Assembly (NCBI RefSeq): GCF_004010195.1
Contig: NC_057738.1
Coordinates: 29,080,192-29,144,191 of the forward strand
Direction of reading: 5' to 3'
Source: Chiloscyllium plagiosum
Taxonomy: Eukaryota
Length of the DNA: 64,000 nt
The notes under the pieces are model-generated. The model saw nothing but the letters and a program-made list of their open reading frames with translations, was not told where the DNA came from and ran no database searches. This document shows, piece after piece, positions 49,102 to 60,960 of this stretch. The translations under genes and the position numbers were made by a program. Positions within the stretch are counted from its first letter, which is position 1; each line of letters opens with the position of its first letter.

Positions 49102-50181
49102 TTCTCCCAATTCCTCTACCAATTGGGTACCATTTCACTCCTAAGCATCCCAGATGTCCACCTATTTCACCTCCATTCCCCATTCCATTTCTCTAAACCA
49201 CCGCCTTCTAAACGCAATAAAGACAAAGTCCCCCTTGTCCTCACCTATCACCCCACCAGTCTCCGCATCCAACGCATCATCCTTAAACACTTCTACCAAC
49301 TTCAACTAGACCCCACCACCAAAAAGATCTTGCTCACCCCACCCCCCTCTGCCTTCCACAAGGGCTGTTCTCTTCGCCAATCCTGGTCTGAGCCACTCTC
49401 TCCATCAACCCATCCAAACCCCCAGGTACCTTCCCTTGCAACTGGAAAAATGCAAAACCAGCTGGCACACCATCTGCCTCACATCCATCCAGGGCCCCAA
49501 ACAGTCCTTCCTGGTGAGACAGAGGTTCACCTGCCTCTCGTCCAACAGTTTACTGCATCAGGTGCGCCCGGTGTGGTCTTCTCTACATCAAGGAGACCGA
49601 AAGTAAACTTAGAGAACGGTTCACCGTGCATCACAGCTGGGCCCACAGGGACCAACCGAATCTCCAAGTCACCACCATTTTAATTCCCCTTCCCACTTTC
49701 TTTCCGACATGACCATCCTCGGCCTCCTCCATTGCCACAATGAATAATACCGCAAATTGGAGGAACACCACCTCATTTTCCACCTGGTCAGCCTACAGCC
49801 CGCAGGACTCAACATTGAGTTCTCCAATTTCAAATAACCACTCTCCCCATCCGCCAACTACCTTCCCAGCTCCTCCCTTCCAGTCCTCTCATCAACCTAC
49901 GGGATTCATCCCTCCCATCAACCAATCAGGTTGTACCGTCTACCTGTCTTTATCTATCCCCACCTCACCACCCTGCCCCTGCCTGCCCACCACCCCACAC
50001 TCCCCACCCACCCCCAAAAAAAAACTTTATTTGCGGCTCCCTTTACACTAAGCCCCAGTCCTGAAGAAGGGTTACACCCGAAATGTCAACTTCTCCACCT
50101 ACTGATGCTGTCTGGCTTGCTGTGTTCTCCCAACCTCCTACTTGTCTACCTTGGAATGTAGCATGTGCAGTTTTATTGTCT
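49102..50181 (+). mobile_element. Neptune-type PLE 3' part (thumb, Cys-rich linker, GIY-YIG, pLTR), antisense to EXOC2
   Basis: Translates as NKDKVPLVLTYHPTSLRIQRII, a Cys-rich linker and YCIRC..CGLLYI. The TSD ctagttcac(c/t)a lies at 49091-49101 and 50182-50192. Confidence 0.9.
50057..50091 (+). ncRNA. Minimal HHR in PLE pLTR
   Basis: agtc CTGAAGA a GGGT tac ACCC GAAA tg TC aact. Confidence 0.72.
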
Positions 50182-51563
50182 CTAGTTCACTAGTCTGGCT
50201 ACATTCTCCTGATTAACCTCCTCAATGTCTTCCACATTACTTCAAATAAATAGTTAAAGATATCAAGGTGCAACGATATGACGTGCAGTAAAGTCAACAA
50301 TAAGGTGCTTGTTATTTAAATTTTATTGAAAATTAAGATTTTGGTATTTAGATTACTCACACAGTGTTGATATTGGAAAAAAATATTCTGTCTATAAATT
50401 TCCTTGAATGCCACTAGATGGTGTATGAATGACATGAGCTAATCAGTCCTTGCATTTTTCCCTACTCCATTCTCTCAGGGAAGCATATTGTCTATGCTTG
50501 AGACCACAGGCCCTGATCTTGCAATAGTAACGACAGCAAACCTGTCAACATTCACCATTATTTCTTTGAAACTGACAGCAACATCTGGAGTCTGTACATG
50601 TGAATTTAATTATGGAAATCCAGAATTTGTTTCTCTACGGGTATTGAATTATTAGATTTCATTGCAGTTTGCAGGACATTCAAGTTCCTGAACTGATGGC
50701 AACTTCCCTTTTTTTTACAAAAAACACCCATAAAAGGTTTGACTTTTTAATGCAATGTAATAAGTTAAAACTATTGCTGAAATACATCTTATGTCCTTGA
50801 AAAGTTTTGGAAATTTTTGTATTGTCCATGTTTTTCCATGCAGTTAAAAATTCCAAGTTTATTCCTTTTTCAAATTGGTTTATGTCATTTTAATTTCTAA
50901 TGTGTATTTCTCAATCATTTATTGCACTCTCTGCAAAATTTATTAAAAAGCAAATAATCATCAATGCATTTAACTTCCTGGTTTGCTGCCTATGAGAATA
51001 CTTCAATGTAATTGGCCTTTTTGATAAAGTCACTGCTGCGGCTAAGCCATTTGACTTGTTCATCAGTATAAAACTAACATCAGGAAAAGGGAAAGCCTCA
51101 CCACAACTGCTATATTGTTCTTGGCATCTTTTTTCAAAGTCAGTGGCAAGAGTCTTCACTTTGATGCTGACTGTGAAATCGGAGCCATTGTCATGGTCAA
51201 GAACACAAATTTCACAGATACTAACACAGCACAGTAACATATTAATGTGTAAGCCTTATTTTGTCTTAATCACTCACTCAAATGTGTGTTTACCTATGAT
51301 GACTGAAATGTAAACTGAAATCAAATTGAATTTAAGTAAACAATTCCACTTCCACAAGTTTCTTGCTACCTACATAACTAACTTCATCATACAATGACTA
51401 ACCAACAATTTTGTTAATAACATTTAAGCTAAATACAGTTAAGGGCTTATTTGCACAAATATTACATGAATTGATTAATTGCTAACTGCAGCTAAATTAT
51501 TCTTTCAATAACACTGCATAATAGATATGTGTTTCACTACTTTGTTCCCTGAAAATTATTCTG

Positions 51564-51848
51564 GGATAGCATGGTGGCTCAGTGGTTAGCACTGCAGCCT
51601 CTCAGTGCTAGAGACCCGGGTTAGATTCCAGCCTCGTGTGACTGTCTGTGTGGAGTTGCACATTCTCCCAGTGTCTGCGTGGGTTTCCTCTGGGTACTCT
51701 GGTTTCCTCCTACAGTCCAAAGGTGTGAGTTAGGTGAATTGGTCATGCTAAAATTGCCCGTAGAGTTAGGTGCATTAGTTAGGGGGAATGGGTCTGGGTG
51801 GGTTACTCCTCGGAGGGTTGGTGTGGACTAGTTGGGAACCTAATCTAA
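51564..51848 (+). mobile_element. HE1-type V-SINE
   Basis: Head, V-domain and tail present. Confidence 0.92.
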
Positions 51849-52364
51849 CAAAATTTCCATAGGATTGCAGATATCTGTACACTTGCATTATTTTAAACAT
51901 CAACTAAGAATCAAAACTCTAGAATTGTGAACTAGTTCCCTGCTTTGGGGCAATTGGGCAATTTGGTGCCATTGGCTCATCGCACTAATTAGCAGAATAA
52001 TCTATGAAAGAGGCACAAGACATCTGATTTAATCTTCGCACTAATTCTGTTTTATAGCAGCAGAGAATTGAGTCTATATTTAGTAATCACCACAGTATTC
52101 AGCATTAGGTAGCATTGACACTATGCTGTCCCCTTTAATAACACCATTAAACAAACTTCCAATTCTTCCAGTACTACATCGACATAAGTAGCTTGTACAA
52201 TGTTTTCAAAAAGAAGAGGGTAATGTGTGTGTAGCTTCTGGAAAGAAAACAGTGCTTCATATAGAAGATGGATGAATTGTCTGTTTCTTTGAATGTTCCG
52301 CCACTCCTTGAATCCCTCCACATTAAAACTCTCATCAGCACTGCTGGGCATAACAACTTTCAAA

Positions 52365-52570
52365 ATAGCTATCGGAAGGTGGTGGAGGCAGGTCACTGAA
52401 CATTCTTAAGGCAGAGGCAGATAGATTCCTATTAAGCAAGTGAATAAAAGACTTTTGGTGTAAATGAGAATGCAAAATATGAAACACAAACAGATCAGCC
52501 TTGATTTTATTAAATTACAGAGATGGCTTAATGGGCCAAATGATTTGCATCTGCTTCCTATGTTGCATGT
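52365..52570 (+). mobile_element. CR1 3' end remnant
   Basis: ggtggtggaggcaggtcactgaacattcttaaggcagag...cagatcagcc...ctgcttcctatgtt. Confidence 0.65.
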
Positions 52571-55064
52571 ATGCACTTTCCTACCTTGCGTACTTTCCAA
52601 GAAGAAAGAGTATACTGTGAAAAAAGTGTGATGAAAGACAATTTGAAGTTGATCGTTATACAGAATGAATAACTCGTACAGATAACATGGTGATGTGGCA
52701 CATTGGAGTGATTATCACAGGTCAAGAAGTCACCCCACTCACTCCCCAAGCTGACTTTCCAGTTCTTCCAAGCTCACACTTCCCCATGGACACCCAGTTA
52801 TTTATCTGCTGAAAATCAGATATTTTGTGACATTTGTGCAATTCACTCCTCACTGACACCTAAAGGTTGTCAAAAACCCAAAAAGTGATTGGTTTCTACT
52901 CACTCCATCTCAAATAATATCAATGGCAGACACTTTAGAAAAGAAAATAGAGATAAAAAGACATAAAATCAAGTAGCTAAAAATACAAGGAATACAACTT
53001 CAATAATAACAATTATTTAAAAAAATAAAAATGTCACCCATCACTTATTTGCTGTGAGAGAACTTGATACAAAGAGTCTGACATTTTACTATGTGAGTCT
53101 CAGAGAAAGTGTCCCCACCTACACACATAAAACAACACTTAGTAACCTAATATGTTTTATATCATGTTTGCAGTAAAGAAGTCAAGACCATTGGAAACTC
53201 CCTTTGGACATGATAATACTCATGTTAAACATCACCAACCCGATGAATAAACCAAGACAATCTGGAGACTGTCCCTAACTACTACATTTACTGTAAGAAG
53301 GGGTTATAACAGCTCACAACATCCAGTAAGAGACTAACTCACTGCTTCAAGAACAGATTAAACATAAATAATGTGATGGTACTATGATTAATATGTGAAA
53401 CTTGCATAAGATTGTCAAAGCATTTTTAAGTGAGGGGCAGGAAAACAAAGGTAGATGGGTGAAAATGATTCTCCTAAAGGGGGTTGATTATTGTCATTTA
53501 TAATAGAACAAGATACATAATCAGTCAATGGAAAAAGGCTGACGAACTATTCATCATTTTTAAATGAATGTTCAAACTATCTCCATGACCTTTGAGTAGA
53601 AAACACAGTATTCACAGATTAAGCAGCGGCTACAGCTACATTTGTTAACGTGCGACCTCGATGTGGTAGGTTCAGAAGGTTTCCTGGGGTTCTTAAAGTA
53701 ATTTTAAAAACGCTCCAATTAATTCTCCCACATTCAATCAACTTGCTTCAATTTACACTCCTGCACTACACACCATCTCACACTGTCATGCACTATATCG
53801 CCAGACAACTGCTAAGATTGTGGGACAGCAGCCATCTATACATAGCAGAAATAATAGTAATGTGGATCAATGGAACTTCCCCTTTAAAGACAGCAAACTA
53901 AAATAAAATGTGAAAGATCTTTGAGGTCACTGAGGTAGGTGTTGGGGATTGGAGTATGAAGCAATAAATAACAATGGTAAAACCTAAATTAAATAAGTTG
54001 AGTGTAATTGAAAGAGATACACATCTTTCACTCATCAGGACAATTCATAAGAATACTAATGAAGCAAAAAACGTACCACATTTAAACTGCATGAGAGGAG
54101 ACTGCAGATTGGTCGCAACTTGACTGCTTGATAGAGATACTGACACTGGGAATGTATAAGTTAATTATCATTGACTGCTGCAGTTGCCATTGCAAAACGT
54201 CAACCAAAGTCCATTTGTTAACTAATCAGCACTCTGCTCTCACGCAATACAAATGTTCTTTTACCCTTAATTAGTATTCTTGCAAATGGATGAGTTCTGA
54301 TGAATGTAAGATGAAAAGAATCCGCCAAGGTCATTTTGCTTAAACTGCAATACTCAACATCTGTACTATCAAGTTACTACTTGAAATAAAATTATTTGTT
54401 TTCTGGCAAGTTAAAGGAATACTTTGGGGGAATCAAATCAGAATTTGTAGCACTCCTGTTTTGGAGTTGGAAAATCATTTGCTAAAGTCTCACACTCTAT
54501 GACTTGAAAATGATAAGTAGGTATGTTAGTATACTGAGTGACTAGCCCATCATCAGAGATGCAAACTTTGTGACAAAATGTTAAACAGAGACCTGGTCTA
54601 TCTGCAAACACAGCCAGTTAATGAAATGTTCCATGGCATGTTTCAAAGGGTAGGAAGCACTTGGGGCAGCATTCCTTCCACAATTTGCAACACCAAAAAT
54701 AGGCCATCTTGATAGACCATATGTCATTCTAGGTGCTGGTACAGATTTTGGAGGTAGCATCATGTTTACTTACACAACAGTAATCAAATTCCTAATGAAC
54801 TACTTAAAATAATTTAACAGGATAAGCCACTTTATGATGAATGGGTTCATTATTATTTTATTCTGCTAATTCCACTGAAAATAATTTATCATAAATATTG
54901 CATATACTGATCTAAAGGCAGACCATAAGTCCAAAATCCAGCAAGACTACTAAAAAAAATCCATTTGCAACTATAGCTGTCTCCATACACATTCTTAGTC
55001 CAGCTATAGCAATGACAGAAATATTTTCAGCATGGGTTTGGCCATGTCAAAATCTTAATTGCTT

Positions 55065-55530
55065 GCACAAGGATGTTGCCAGGGTTGGAGGGTTTGAGCT
55101 GTAGGGAGAGGCTGAATAGGCTGGGCTGTTTTCCCTGGAGTGTCACAGGCTGAGGGGTGACCTGATAGACATTTATAAAATCATTCGAGACTTGGATAAG
55201 GTAAATAGGCAAGGTCTTTTCCCTGGGGTGGGGGAGTCCAGAACTGGAAAACGTAGGTTTAGGGTGAGGAGGGAAAGATTTAAAAGGGACCCACGGGGCA
55301 GCTTTTTCACGCAGAGGGTGGTGCGTGTATGGAATGAACTGCCAGAGGAAGTGGTGGGGGCTGGTACAATTACAACATTTAAAAGGTATCTGGATGGATA
55401 TATGAATAGGAAGGGTTGAGAAGGATATGGTCCAAGTGCTGGCAAATGGGAGTAGATTAGGTTAGGATATCTGGTCGGCATGGATGAGTTGGGCAGAAGG
55501 GTCAGTTTCGGTGCTGTATGTCTCTATGAC
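55065..55530 (+). mobile_element. CR1 (HER1-like) 3' fragment
   Basis: The ORF FFTQRVVRVWNELPEEVVGAGTITTFKRYLDGYMNRKG places it in the same family as 5821-6496. Confidence 0.93.
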
Positions 55531-56042
55531 AATCCCACTCCAAGCTCTCCATTAGGTACTCTTTCTCCCTCCCCATCACTCAACAGCTTTAAAAATTCTT
55601 CAATTTTTTAATCCTTGACCTACTCCTCCCATGAGCCAGCAACTTGTCCCTCAGTTTCTGTCGTTGAGTTAGACTCTGGAATGATTATGCACAACAAGTA
55701 GCAGTTGGCATTTTCTGGCTGTGTAGCCATATTACAGGGTAATTATTGTTGATTTCTGTCTTTTGGAAAGTCCATGCTAATTGCAAGCAGAAATACCACC
55801 AAAATATTATCTCTTACAAAAGTCAAGACATATTTTGGCCCTGGAAACTTCACTCAAATATCAATCGAAAACATGAAATTAACTCCTTACAAAATTTGCG
55901 ATGTATTGCAGATTGGTGAGAAAGATACCTTTTCTGTTACTCACAGCAAAAGCAATAAATTAATAGATAACCAACATTTTTGTGTGCTGAGTTCAAGAAC
56001 TCATAGATCCAATTAGTTAGTGCTAAAAGCCATATTAAACAC

Positions 56043-56337
56043 TTAGAATAGAATAGAATACCTACAGTGTGGAAATAGACCATTCAGCCTAACAAGTCCA
56101 CACCAACTGTCCGAAGAGCATCCCACCCAGACCACCCTATTCCTGCAACTCTGCATTTCCTATGGCTAATTCACCTAACTGACACATGAGCAATTTAGCA
56201 TGACCAACCAACCTAACCTGTACATCTGGTGAACTGAGAGAAGACTGGAGCACGGAGGAAACCCACATAGTGGAGAATGTGCAAACTCCACACAGGCATT
56301 CGCCTGAAGCTAGAATTGAACTGGGGTTCCTGGTGCT
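56043..56337 (-). mobile_element. Older HE1 SINE lacking its 5' end
   Basis: tagaatagaatag tail and a diverged V-domain. It abuts the next copy. Confidence 0.85.
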
Positions 56338-56648
56338 AGATTACTTACAGTGTGGAAACAGGCCCTTCGGCCCAACAAGTCCACACCGACCCGCCAAAGC
56401 GCAACCCACCCAGACCCATTCCCCTACATTTACCCCTGCACCTAACACTACGGACAATTTAGCATGGCCAATTCACTTGACCTGCACATTTTTGGACTGT
56501 GGGAGGAAACCGGAGCACCGGGAGGAAACCCACGCAGACACAGGGAGAATGTGCAAACTCCACACAGTCAGTCGCCTAAGGCGGGAATTGAACCCGGGTC
56601 TCTGGCGCTGTGATGCAGCAGTGCTAACCACTGTGCCACCGTGCCACC
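56338..56648 (-). mobile_element. Young HE1 SINE
   Basis: CpG-rich, full-length copy from head to tail. Confidence 0.94.
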
Positions 56649-57116
56649 TGTATGGTATTTAGGAATTGAGAATTATTGATAAAAAGGGAATGAAGTCCTC
56701 AAGGATTGTATCTTTGGTTGGCATTCATCCTGGGCTCTTCTTTGATGAATGTCTCTGGATAACTGTCTAAAAATGTATCAGTTATATGCAGGTGAGGAGG
56801 GGTAGAACAGTTCCACTCTTCTCCCACCCTCATTTGAAGTAAGCTTTTTCAGAAAGGACAAGCTTGCCAATTCAACTGTTTTTGTTTGTGACTATGTAAA
56901 TACACGTATAGATTTTCTTACATTTTTGAAAAAGAATTTTTTTTATTGCATTTGACTCTACGTAAGAAAATCAATGGAAACAGCCTTTCACATACATGCA
57001 TACGTGAAGTTCATACTCTCACAAGTAAATTACACAATACAGAACAGAATAAGCAATTTAAAGCCCAGTTAAAGTTAAAGCACAATTCAGTTCTTGAAGA
57101 TTAGTGACTTGGCTGG

Positions 57117-58049
57117 TGTGACAATACTATGGCTTTAGATTAGATTAGATTCCCTACAGTGTGGAAACAGGTCTTTGGCCCAACCAGTCCACATCAAACC
57201 TTCAAAGAGTAACCCACCCAGATCCATTTCCCTCTGACTGATACACCTAACACTACAGGCAATTTAGTCATGGCCAATTCACCTGACCTGCACATTTTGG
57301 ACTGTGGGAGGAAACCGGAACACCCGGAGGAAACCCACACAGATACGGGGAGAATGTGCAAACTCCACACAGACAGTTGCATGAGGCTGGAAGTGAACCT
57401 GGGATCCTGGTGCTGTGAAGCAGCAGTGCTAACCACTGAGCCACCATGCCGTAAACTTTTAAGAGGTGTGCTTTGTCATTTTTTCTAAAATGAAGAAAGT
57501 TTGAGACAGAGGTGCACAGCTGTCCAGTCAAAGCCAACAGAGGAAATGTCTGGAGAGACCCTGGCCTTTTCTGTTTAAAAGTTGGAACATTAGAAGCAGC
57601 CTAAATGGGTGGTGTCAAGCTCCTACAGAACCAGAAATTTATGTTTTAGTTTTCAGCAGTTACTGAGGTCTTGAAGCTGGATGTGGAAGCTCTTATTGCT
57701 CTCTCTATGACAGCAAAAATCTGGGGTCCTCTGCCTGCTGCTGGAATTGCATGAGAGACATTATTTTAGTAAATTTGCCTTTTTACTGTAATGGAAGTTA
57801 ATGAACAGTTTTTTTTTAATTTTCTTAAATATTTCAATAGAGTTACAACTAAACCAGTTATTTTATTTTTATTTTGTCTATATTTTATAGTGCATGAATA
57901 AAGTGTGTTTTGCTTCAAGCCTGAGAGTTTGACCAATCAAATTGCATTTGGAACGCAACACCTTACATCTACCTTTAAAATAAGACAACATTAGGGTCCA
58001 GGCTATTTTCTTCATAAATTTAGAGGGGATTTTAGTCTGGTCCATAACA
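57117..58049 (+). mobile_element. Probable solo LTR (Gypsy-like) interrupted by an HE1 SINE
   Basis: Begins TGTGACA, ends CATAACA and has an AATAAA near 57897. The TSD is not convincing (ctgg/ttag). Confidence 0.55.
57136..57451 (-). mobile_element. HE1-type V-SINE
   Basis: (tagat)n tail, V-domain and head. Confidence 0.93.
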
Positions 58050-59807
58050 TTAGCTCCAGGTTGAACCCAGTGGTCCTTCTGGATCAATGTTGAAGTTGTT
58101 TAAAAAGGTACAGTAATGCAAATACGAAGCCATCTTTGACTGTGTTTTAAAGTCACTGGGATGTGGTTTGAAGCTTTCTAAAAATTCAATTTGCGGTTTT
58201 CAATTAGTAAATTCATGTTTTTTTTTAATATAAAACATGGCTTCATAACAGTACCTTCTGAAAAAGAGATAAAATGTACAGAATATGGACTTCCAAGTAT
58301 TGAGTTTTTTTAGACCACAAACCTCACTTCAAATCAGTATTTTTCATTCTGTCCTGTAGATAATATTCTATAAGCTCTCTAGACAATACCGTACTCCAGC
58401 ATTTGGTTTCAACTTTCATAACATCAGACTCACTTAATGAACTTATCACACTAAAATAGCAAAGACAGTTAAAGAAGGATCCTCACAATTTTCACTTGTA
58501 CAATTCTCCTTTCTGATGTGGTGCACTTGTCAGGGAGGATAATTTTCAATCTCGCTTCTGGGTTCTTAAATAAGCTAAGGGTTCATCAGAGTGGAGCAGG
58601 AGGTAGAGAAGTATTTGCTCTTTGCTAGATTTTTTCACAGCAATCTTTCCTGATACTGGTAACAAATCTAATTTCTGACAACATGCACCGGAGTCCAACT
58701 TAATGACCCAAATCTTTCTAGCAGAAGCAATCACAGTCAGATGTTTCACAGAAGTAGAAGCCACAGTTCAGTACATCAGTTCAGCCAGCCATTTTGACAG
58801 TTAAAAGGTGCATATGCAGCTAAGTGTGGGGTTTGGATAACAGTTGGTGAAGAGGGTTGGGTGTATTGGGTGTCAGGTAAGCGATGGAGTGGGTAGGGTT
58901 GGTGGGTTGTTAGGTTTGGCAGCAGAACAGATGAGCGAATTAAAAGAGTTGTCAGGTCTGAATTTGCTGGGGCTGGGGGGGTCATTTTGTGCAATGGGGG
59001 AGTAGGATGATATCAATTCCAGTGGGGAGAGGAGGGCTGGCATAGTGGAGGCGTTGGTCGAGTAGGGGGATGTCAGGTTTGACAACAAGTGTGTGCACGT
59101 GTGTGGGGAATCATTTTGGGGCAAGGGAAGGCTGATTTTGGAGTTGGCTGGGCAGAAGATGATGGTGGTTGTCTATTTGGGGGAATGCAAATGCGGAAGG
59201 GAGATGTACTTGGGGGTTATGATGAGTGACGAGTTGGGTATTGGAAGGAAATCAATTTTATTGTTGCCCAGTTGATCTACATTTTCCAATCCTTTAAATT
59301 TTCTTGGGTAATTATTAAATTAATGGAATTCTCCAAATTTTTTGCCTTTAATGGTTTCTTTCCAAATACTCAAGAAACAATGAGCTGCCAGTCAGAATCT
59401 TTAACTTTTTAGACAATTCGCATAAAGTCTGCTGCATCAACAATTCTGCATGGTCTTGATGCATAATTTCTATTTGCGTTGCTCCAGCGACTATATGTTG
59501 TTGAAATATCTAGGCCAATGCACTATGGATCCTTGATGGAAAAGAAACCTTGCTCAAAATCTGAAGATGTTGCAAATAGTGCTGTTCAACTGAACTAAAC
59601 AATCTGGAGCATCACCAAATGTAAAATTAGGAAATGCCTTTTGGTCATTCAAACCATAAAGTTTAATGCTTCCAAAATTCAACTAAAATTAACCCAGGAT
59701 GGTTTCTTTACCCACACTCTACCCCCACCTTTATTTGGCATCTTATAGAAACGTTTGGAAGACATTTGCATTAAGTCCTAGAAGTAATCAAGTATTCTGA
59801 ACATCAA

Positions 59808-60035
59808 TGATTTGGAGATGCCGGTGTTGGACTGGGGTGTACAAAGTTAAAAATCACACAACACCAGGTTATAGTCCAACAGGTTTAATTGGAAGCACAT
59901 TAGCTTTCGGAGCGTTGCTCCTTCATCAGGTGATCATCTGATGACTATCACCTGATGAAGGAGCGAAGCTCCGAAAGCAAGTGTGCTTCCAATTAAATCT
60001 GTTGGATTATAACCTGGTGTTGTGTGATATTTAAC
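59808..60035. mobile_element. Palindromic PLE pLTR mini-element with two divergent HHRs
   Basis: Inverted arms of about 90 bp. HHRs at 59898-59932 (-) and 59949-59983 (+). The TSD tctgaa(c/a)atcaa lies at 59796-59807 and 60036-60047. Confidence 0.9.
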
Positions 60036-60067
60036 TCTGAAAATCAAACTAACTCTAACATGAGCCA

Positions 60068-60165
60068 GTTCTGAAGAAGAGTCATATTAGATTTGAAATG
60101 TTAACTGCTCTATTGCCACAGATGCCCTCAGAACTGCTGAACTGCCCCAGCATATTCTGTTTCTA
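60068..60165 (+). mobile_element. Old PLE pLTR remnant
   Basis: gttCTGAAGAagagtcatattagatttGAAAtgttaac...gatgccctcagaactgctga. Confidence 0.65.
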
Positions 60166-60960
60166 TATTATAGATGCCTGGCAAGTTGCTTTCCACTTCC
60201 TGATGTCAGAAGCATAGAAGTCAGTGCAATGAGTATTTGAAATGTCTGCGCAGAGTTCTTCCTCTCCATTTTTGAATGCATCCAATTATTTTTTGAAGGA
60301 ATTAACTCACACATTACTAAGTATTTATGCTGAAAATCTGCTGCAGTCAACACACTGAAGGAAAACGTTTGAAATATGTGTTGCCTAGATTTGTACTCAG
60401 GGTGTAAAATAAACCAGATTTAATCAACATTCAAGTATCATCTTAAAAGGATCACATATAATCTAGAAGGTGAGTTCTTAGAATCTTGCTTCATTATTTA
60501 AAAAGGGATAGGATAAGGATGTCAGCCAATCTGAAATCTTTTCAATAGCACATAGAAAAATGGAAAATCCCTTCTCTTATCAATTGAGAGGTAACAAGAA
60601 ACTAGTCTTTGGCAAATTCAAGGTGGTTACTTCCAGACTTCCCTGGGCTTTATAATGTACTAAGAAGGGTGCTAGAGTTGAAATTGGAAATCAAGAATTT
60701 CCCATGCAGTATCCTGAACTGTGGTTTAGTTGATGCTTAACTTTGGGCTTGAACTTCCTCACACAAAAGACAAAAGTTCAATAGCAGAAGTAATGGGGAA
60801 AAAAAATTTCTATGGATAATGCACACAAATCTTTTGGATTAAGAAAAAGGGTCCCATAATGGGATGTAACAGAGGTTTTACCATTAGCAATCATTTACCT
60901 TGACGAAAATCTGTATGATGACTAACAATTAGTCTGTTACTGGATTAATCTGGTGGAAGA

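Noticed and set aside
9857-57451. Recurrent peptide family (WPIHLTCTxLDCGRKPEH) and tRNA-like sequences
   Set aside because: These are translations and heads of HE1 SINE copies, not genes or complete tRNAs.
58830-59250. G-rich tract (also 39830-40030) as a coding or G-quadruplex element
   Set aside because: Irregular low-complexity sequence typical of decayed repeat interiors, with no regular motif or supportable identity.
60188-60202. ETS-IRF composite element
   Set aside because: It reads AGGAAGTGGAAA on the minus strand, and the spacing is one base off GGAAnnGAAA.
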